Assembly (NCBI GenBank): GCA_964106645.2
Contig: OZ067049.1
DNA from: Podarcis pityusensis
Lineage: Eukaryota
DNA: 64,000 bases
Direction: 5' to 3' (one strand)
Shown here: one piece after another, positions 63,801-64,000 of the stretch
Layout of the letters: each line of letters begins with the position of its first letter
How positions within the stretch are numbered: the stretch's first letter is position 1
The notes under the pieces: generated by a model
The model's database searches: none
The model's input: the letters and a program-made list of their open reading frames with translations, nothing else
Told to the model about the DNA's origin: nothing
Position numbers and translations under genes: made by a program

Positions 63801-63833
63801 TCTCCGCTTCCCAGGAAACCCTGAGCCACGACC
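4376..63833 (-). CDS. KMT2C: Histone-lysine N-methyltransferase 2C (MLL3), multi-exon, 5'-partial (exons 16-59 plus cassette)
   Basis: 45 GT-AG exons joined in consistent phase; PHD4-6, HMG, ePHD, FYRN/FYRC, Win motif GCARSE, SET, post-SET ending [13 protein letters not shown]. Confidence 0.98.
4711..4771 (+). mobile_element. Short L2 3' tail fragment
   Basis: agccgcccagaatggctggggcaacc..cagatgggtggggtataaat. Confidence 0.7.
5564..5672 (-). CDS. KMT2C: KMT2C exon 58 (SET, NHSC motif)
   Basis: [40 protein letters not shown] bounded. Confidence 0.96.
6031..6104 (-). CDS. KMT2C: KMT2C exon 57 (SET)
   Basis: [25 protein letters not shown]. Confidence 0.96.
6392..6601. mobile_element. hAT MITE family C
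   Basis: TIR CAGGCATGTCCAA / TTGGACATTCCTG; TSD ctctaaat/ttctaaat. Confidence 0.85.
7015..7131 (-). CDS. KMT2C: KMT2C exon 56 (SET)
   Basis: [39 protein letters not shown]. Confidence 0.96.
7263..7348. repeat. Short palindromic squamate repeat (related pieces ~5210-5280, ~16925-16960)
   Basis: caatcct..catgtttactcagaagta.gtccc..gttcaatgg...ttactccc. Confidence 0.55.
7430..7870 (-). mobile_element. Old L2-like fragment
   Basis: ttccac..agggc..cacc..aaaggccct and aagatcaacaccag parallel the 20200-20400 L2; similar decayed pieces near 34080-34530, 42430-42890, 51400-51600. Confidence 0.5.
8676..8844 (-). CDS. KMT2C: KMT2C exon 55
   Basis: [14 protein letters not shown]...VYLARSRIQ. Confidence 0.95.
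9122..9264 (-). CDS. KMT2C: KMT2C exon 54 (FYRC end, Win motif); alternative end 9134
   Basis: [48 protein letters not shown]. Confidence 0.94.
9935..10071 (-). CDS. KMT2C: KMT2C exon 53 (FYRC)
   Basis: [45 protein letters not shown]. Confidence 0.94.
10548..11667 (-). CDS. KMT2C: KMT2C exon 52 (ePHD, FYRN)
   Basis: Within ORF 10507-11721; [42 protein letters not shown]. Confidence 0.97.
12540..12647 (-). CDS. KMT2C: KMT2C exon 51
   Basis: [36 protein letters not shown], phase 0-0. Confidence 0.92.
12895..13963. mobile_element. ~1.07 kb non-autonomous Tc1/mariner-type element
   Basis: TIRs CCATATTTTTCTGTGTATAAGAC / GTCTTATACACAGAAAAATACAG, TA flanks. Confidence 0.8.
13599..13736. mobile_element. 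Palindromic hAT-type MITE nested in the 12895 element
   Basis: TTCTCAACCTGTGGGTCCC / GGGACCCACAGGTTGAGAA arms; degenerate 8-bp TSD tttgacag/ttctacag. Confidence 0.8.
14595..14734 (-). CDS. KMT2C: KMT2C exon 50 (alternative acceptor gives start 14725)
   Basis: [46 protein letters not shown]. Confidence 0.88.
15197..15449 (-). CDS. KMT2C: KMT2C exon 49
   Basis: [29 protein letters not shown]... Confidence 0.93.
15813..15868. repeat. (TAT)n microsatellite
   Basis: About 18 perfect units. Confidence 0.95.
16153..16289 (-). CDS. KMT2C: KMT2C exon 48
   Basis: [13 protein letters not shown]...[16 protein letters not shown]. Confidence 0.9.
16397..16575 (-). CDS. KMT2C: KMT2C exon 47
   Basis: [23 protein letters not shown]...[15 protein letters not shown]. 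Confidence 0.93.
16625..16915 (+). mobile_element. CR1 LINE 3' fragment
   Basis: Encodes [26 protein letters not shown], typical CR1 ORF2 C-terminus. Confidence 0.88.
17052..17199 (-). CDS. KMT2C: KMT2C exon 46
   Basis: [48 protein letters not shown]. Confidence 0.93.
17638..17779 (-). CDS. KMT2C: KMT2C exon 45 (NAGNAG acceptor)
   Basis: [37 protein letters not shown]. Confidence 0.93.
18604..18738. mobile_element. Palindromic hAT-type MITE with core like the 13599 copy
   Basis: ~33-bp near-perfect inverted arms; core actacaattcccatcatccc. Confidence 0.82.
18739..18888 (+). mobile_element. tRNA-derived squamate SINE (Squam3-like), degenerate
   Basis: A-box-like tggtagagcatctg head; tail gagctagatggaccaatggtctgactcag. 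Confidence 0.6.
19416..19580 (-). CDS. KMT2C: KMT2C 165-nt symmetric cassette exon between exons 44 and 45
   Basis: cag|[55 protein letters not shown]|gt, phase 0-0; frame not shown in ORF track. Confidence 0.9.
19762..20940 (-). mobile_element. CR1 LINE 3' fragment split by an L2 insertion
   Basis: ORF 20585-20779 [22 protein letters not shown]; CR1 sequence resumes across the L2; 3' tail near 19762. Confidence 0.85.
19991..20570 (-). mobile_element. L2 LINE 3' fragment with short-repeat tail
   Basis: ORF 20204-20569 [35 protein letters not shown], typical L2 ORF2 C-terminus; (taa)n at 19991-20020 on +. Confidence 0.9.
21951..22163 (-). CDS. KMT2C: KMT2C exon 44 (basic NLS-like segment)
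   Basis: [13 protein letters not shown]...[13 protein letters not shown]...QLKQ. Confidence 0.92.
24339..26021 (-). CDS. KMT2C: KMT2C exon 43
   Basis: [19 protein letters not shown]...[18 protein letters not shown]...ELLKHLLK (LxxLL); 1683 nt, phase 0-0. Confidence 0.96.
26272..26483. repeat. Two 106-bp tandem units, each a long hairpin
   Basis: Leader cacctgaagggtagatttc repeated at 106-bp period; inverted arms within each unit. Confidence 0.85.
26850..27410 (-). mobile_element. Degenerate L2 reverse transcriptase fragment
   Basis: ORF 27162-27407 [11 protein letters not shown] resembles RT motif LLDLSAAFDTI; boundaries approximate. Confidence 0.7.
27667..27899 (-). CDS. KMT2C: KMT2C exon 42 (coiled coil)
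   Basis: [23 protein letters not shown]...VQKQLEQ. Confidence 0.95.
28563..28626 (-). CDS. KMT2C: KMT2C exon 41
   Basis: [21 protein letters not shown], 64 nt. Confidence 0.92.
29087..29165 (-). CDS. KMT2C: KMT2C exon 40
   Basis: [26 protein letters not shown], 79 nt. Confidence 0.9.
29555..29666 (-). CDS. KMT2C: KMT2C exon 39
   Basis: [36 protein letters not shown]. Confidence 0.94.
30988..31130. mobile_element. Short Tc1/mariner-type MITE
   Basis: TA+CCGTACTTTACCATGTGTAA ... TTATACATGGAAAAATACGG. Confidence 0.7.
31189..32975 (-). CDS. KMT2C: KMT2C exon 38
   Basis: Within ORF 31166-33010; acidic block, LDYLL and LQDLL LxxLL motifs, RSEPFFPNI. Confidence 0.96.
33745..34049 (-). CDS. KMT2C: KMT2C exon 37
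   Basis: [18 protein letters not shown]...RPPPPYPG...MRPHGI. Confidence 0.94.
34729..36804 (-). CDS. KMT2C: KMT2C exon 36 (Pro-rich, contains tandem repeat)
   Basis: [25 protein letters not shown]...ADAEKIRQ, 2076 nt. Confidence 0.96.
35335..35670 (-). repeat. Coding minisatellite, 8 x 42 bp ([13 protein letters not shown][A/S/T])
   Basis: Eight near-identical 42-nt units visible in sequence. Confidence 0.97.
37371..37629. mobile_element. Tc1/mariner MITE family B
   Basis: TA+CTGTATTTTTCGCTCTATAAGA ... TCTTATAGAGCAAAAAATACGG+TA. Confidence 0.88.
38064..38246 (-). CDS. KMT2C: KMT2C exon 35 (HMG end)
   Basis: [20 protein letters not shown]...[10 protein letters not shown]. Confidence 0.95.
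39093..39166 (-). CDS. KMT2C: KMT2C exon 34 (HMG box)
   Basis: [24 protein letters not shown]. Confidence 0.95.
39431..39645 (-). CDS. KMT2C: KMT2C exon 33 (HMG start)
   Basis: [12 protein letters not shown]...[32 protein letters not shown]. Confidence 0.95.
39881..40019 (-). CDS. KMT2C: KMT2C exon 32
   Basis: [45 protein letters not shown]. Confidence 0.88.
41035..41160 (-). CDS. KMT2C: KMT2C exon 31
   Basis: [41 protein letters not shown]. Confidence 0.93.
41246..41278 (-). CDS. KMT2C: KMT2C exon 30 (33-nt small exon)
   Basis: cag|GT GCA ATT CTT GGC AAA CTG TAC AAG ATT CCA G|gtatgt = [11 protein letters not shown]. Confidence 0.92.
41421..41549 (-). CDS. KMT2C: KMT2C exon 29 (alternative upstream acceptor gives start 41558)
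   Basis: IGPISDDP...[20 protein letters not shown]. Confidence 0.9.
41742..41793. repeat. Perfect 24-bp tandem duplication
   Basis: ttcctggtattaagaatttaacaa x2 + ttcc. Confidence 0.95.
44266..44313 (-). CDS. KMT2C: Candidate 48-nt symmetric cassette exon between exons 28 and 29
   Basis: cttgtag|[16 protein letters not shown]|gtaagg, phase 1-1 matching the intron, no stop, long pyrimidine tract upstream. Confidence 0.65.
44672..44770 (-). CDS. KMT2C: KMT2C exon 28
   Basis: [32 protein letters not shown]. Confidence 0.9.
46437..46623 (-). CDS. KMT2C: KMT2C exon 27
   Basis: [22 protein letters not shown]...[10 protein letters not shown]. Confidence 0.93.
47524..47654 (-). CDS. KMT2C: KMT2C exon 26
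   Basis: [12 protein letters not shown]...[22 protein letters not shown]. Confidence 0.94.
47985..48160. mobile_element. hAT MITE family C
   Basis: Shares ccaact..caagagact..gatctact with 6392 copy; TSD ctgtatac/ctatatac. Confidence 0.82.
49594..49713 (-). CDS. KMT2C: KMT2C exon 25
   Basis: [39 protein letters not shown]. Confidence 0.93.
51045..51173 (-). CDS. KMT2C: KMT2C exon 24
   Basis: [18 protein letters not shown]...[11 protein letters not shown]. Confidence 0.93.
51732..51878 (+). mobile_element. L2 3' tail copy with (AAT)n
   Basis: gggagccgcccagagtggctggg..ccagccagatggg matches reverse complement of 20030-20130. Confidence 0.85.
52078..52432. mobile_element. Tigger/pogo-like MITE related to family A, CpG-rich
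   Basis: 22-bp TIR CAGTGGT(G/A)CCTCGCAAGACGAA, TA flanks. Confidence 0.9.
52834..53046 (-). CDS. KMT2C: KMT2C exon 23
   Basis: [23 protein letters not shown]...[19 protein letters not shown]. Confidence 0.95.
53305..53560. repeat. Unclassified interspersed repeat (related copies ~18180-18570 and ~58730-59105)
   Basis: Shared motifs ggttcaca, aaccatggttt, ccagactaac, ctgggttcaga. Confidence 0.55.
54111..54176 (-). CDS. KMT2C: KMT2C exon 22
   Basis: [21 protein letters not shown], 66 nt, phase 1-1. Confidence 0.9.
55870..56125 (+). mobile_element. Degenerate L1-like ORF2 C-terminal fragment
   Basis: Translates to TAKILYAG.. and [18 protein letters not shown], resembling squamate L1 ends (recall). 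Confidence 0.4.
56932..57782. mobile_element. Non-autonomous hAT (Charlie-like) element
   Basis: TIR CAGTGGTTCCCAATTAG / CTAATTGAGAACCACCG; perfect 8-bp TSD ACTTAGAG at 56924-56931 and 57783-57790. Confidence 0.9.
58248..58357 (-). CDS. KMT2C: KMT2C exon 21 (PHD6 end)
   Basis: [31 protein letters not shown]. Confidence 0.95.
59365..59529 (-). CDS. KMT2C: KMT2C exon 20 (PHD5/6)
   Basis: [28 protein letters not shown]...ILQCRQCD. Confidence 0.96.
59757..59938 (-). CDS. KMT2C: KMT2C exon 19 (PHD4/5)
   Basis: [21 protein letters not shown]...[17 protein letters not shown]...WKCK. Confidence 0.96.
60764..61404. mobile_element. Tc1/mariner MITE family B, interrupted by family A
   Basis: Left TIR CCGTA..TTTTTCGCTCTATAGGACGC split by insertion; right TIR GCGTCCCATAGAGTGAAAAATACGG+TA; similar to 37371 copy. 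Confidence 0.85.
60769..61012. mobile_element. Tc1/mariner MITE family A, nested in family B TIR
   Basis: CAGTGGTACCTC...GAGGTACCACTG, TA flanks. Confidence 0.9.
62601..62705 (-). CDS. KMT2C: KMT2C exon 18 (PHD4)
   Basis: [35 protein letters not shown]. Confidence 0.96.
63498..63599 (-). CDS. KMT2C: KMT2C exon 17
   Basis: [34 protein letters not shown]. Confidence 0.94.
63717..63833 (-). CDS. KMT2C: KMT2C exon 16 (RG-rich)
   Basis: [39 protein letters not shown]. Confidence 0.94.
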
Positions 63834-64000
63834 CTGTTTAAAGCAAATTAAAACATTTAGATGAAACTAAGCAATGCTTCACAGAAATGTTCCTTATAAA
63901 GCAGACTTTGTAAGAATACAACAGGATTTTGTATTTTGCAACACAACAGTATTTTTCACATGAGCATGTCCCATTGCAAGGCTTGCAGATATGAACAGAT

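Noticed and set aside
4376-63833. KMT2C as pseudogene or KMT2D paralogue
   Set aside because: All exons are open and in phase with GT-AG sites; C-terminal sequence and GALNT11 synteny fit KMT2C

Overview
Vertebrate genomic DNA; the repeat families suggest a squamate, probably a lacertid lizard (inference). Most of the window is the 3' part of KMT2C/MLL3 (H3K4 methyltransferase) on the minus strand. I traced 44 exons plus a 165-nt cassette exon by GT-AG boundaries with consistent reading phase from 63833 to the TAG stop at 4376-4378. Exon numbers 16-59 are counted back from the human terminal exon from memory. The exons encode PHD4-6, HMG box, long Pro/Gln-rich disordered regions, ePHD, FYRN, FYRC, Win motif, SET and post-SET. 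A ~1.85 kb 3'UTR contains a 140-N gap. The last coding exon of the convergent neighbour GALNT11 lies at 673-804 (+) and is missing from the ORF track. Introns hold Tc1/mariner-type and hAT MITEs, CR1 and L2 fragments and a tRNA-derived SINE, several nested. Best leads: an 8 x 42-bp coding minisatellite, a candidate 48-nt RBFOX-flanked cassette exon, a tandem pair of long hairpins with a flipped core, an inverted CR1 pair bracketing three exons, several tandem splice sites, and clustered radical substitutions in a conserved acidic LxxLL block. I see no evidence for a wholly new gene system; all comparisons to human are from memory.
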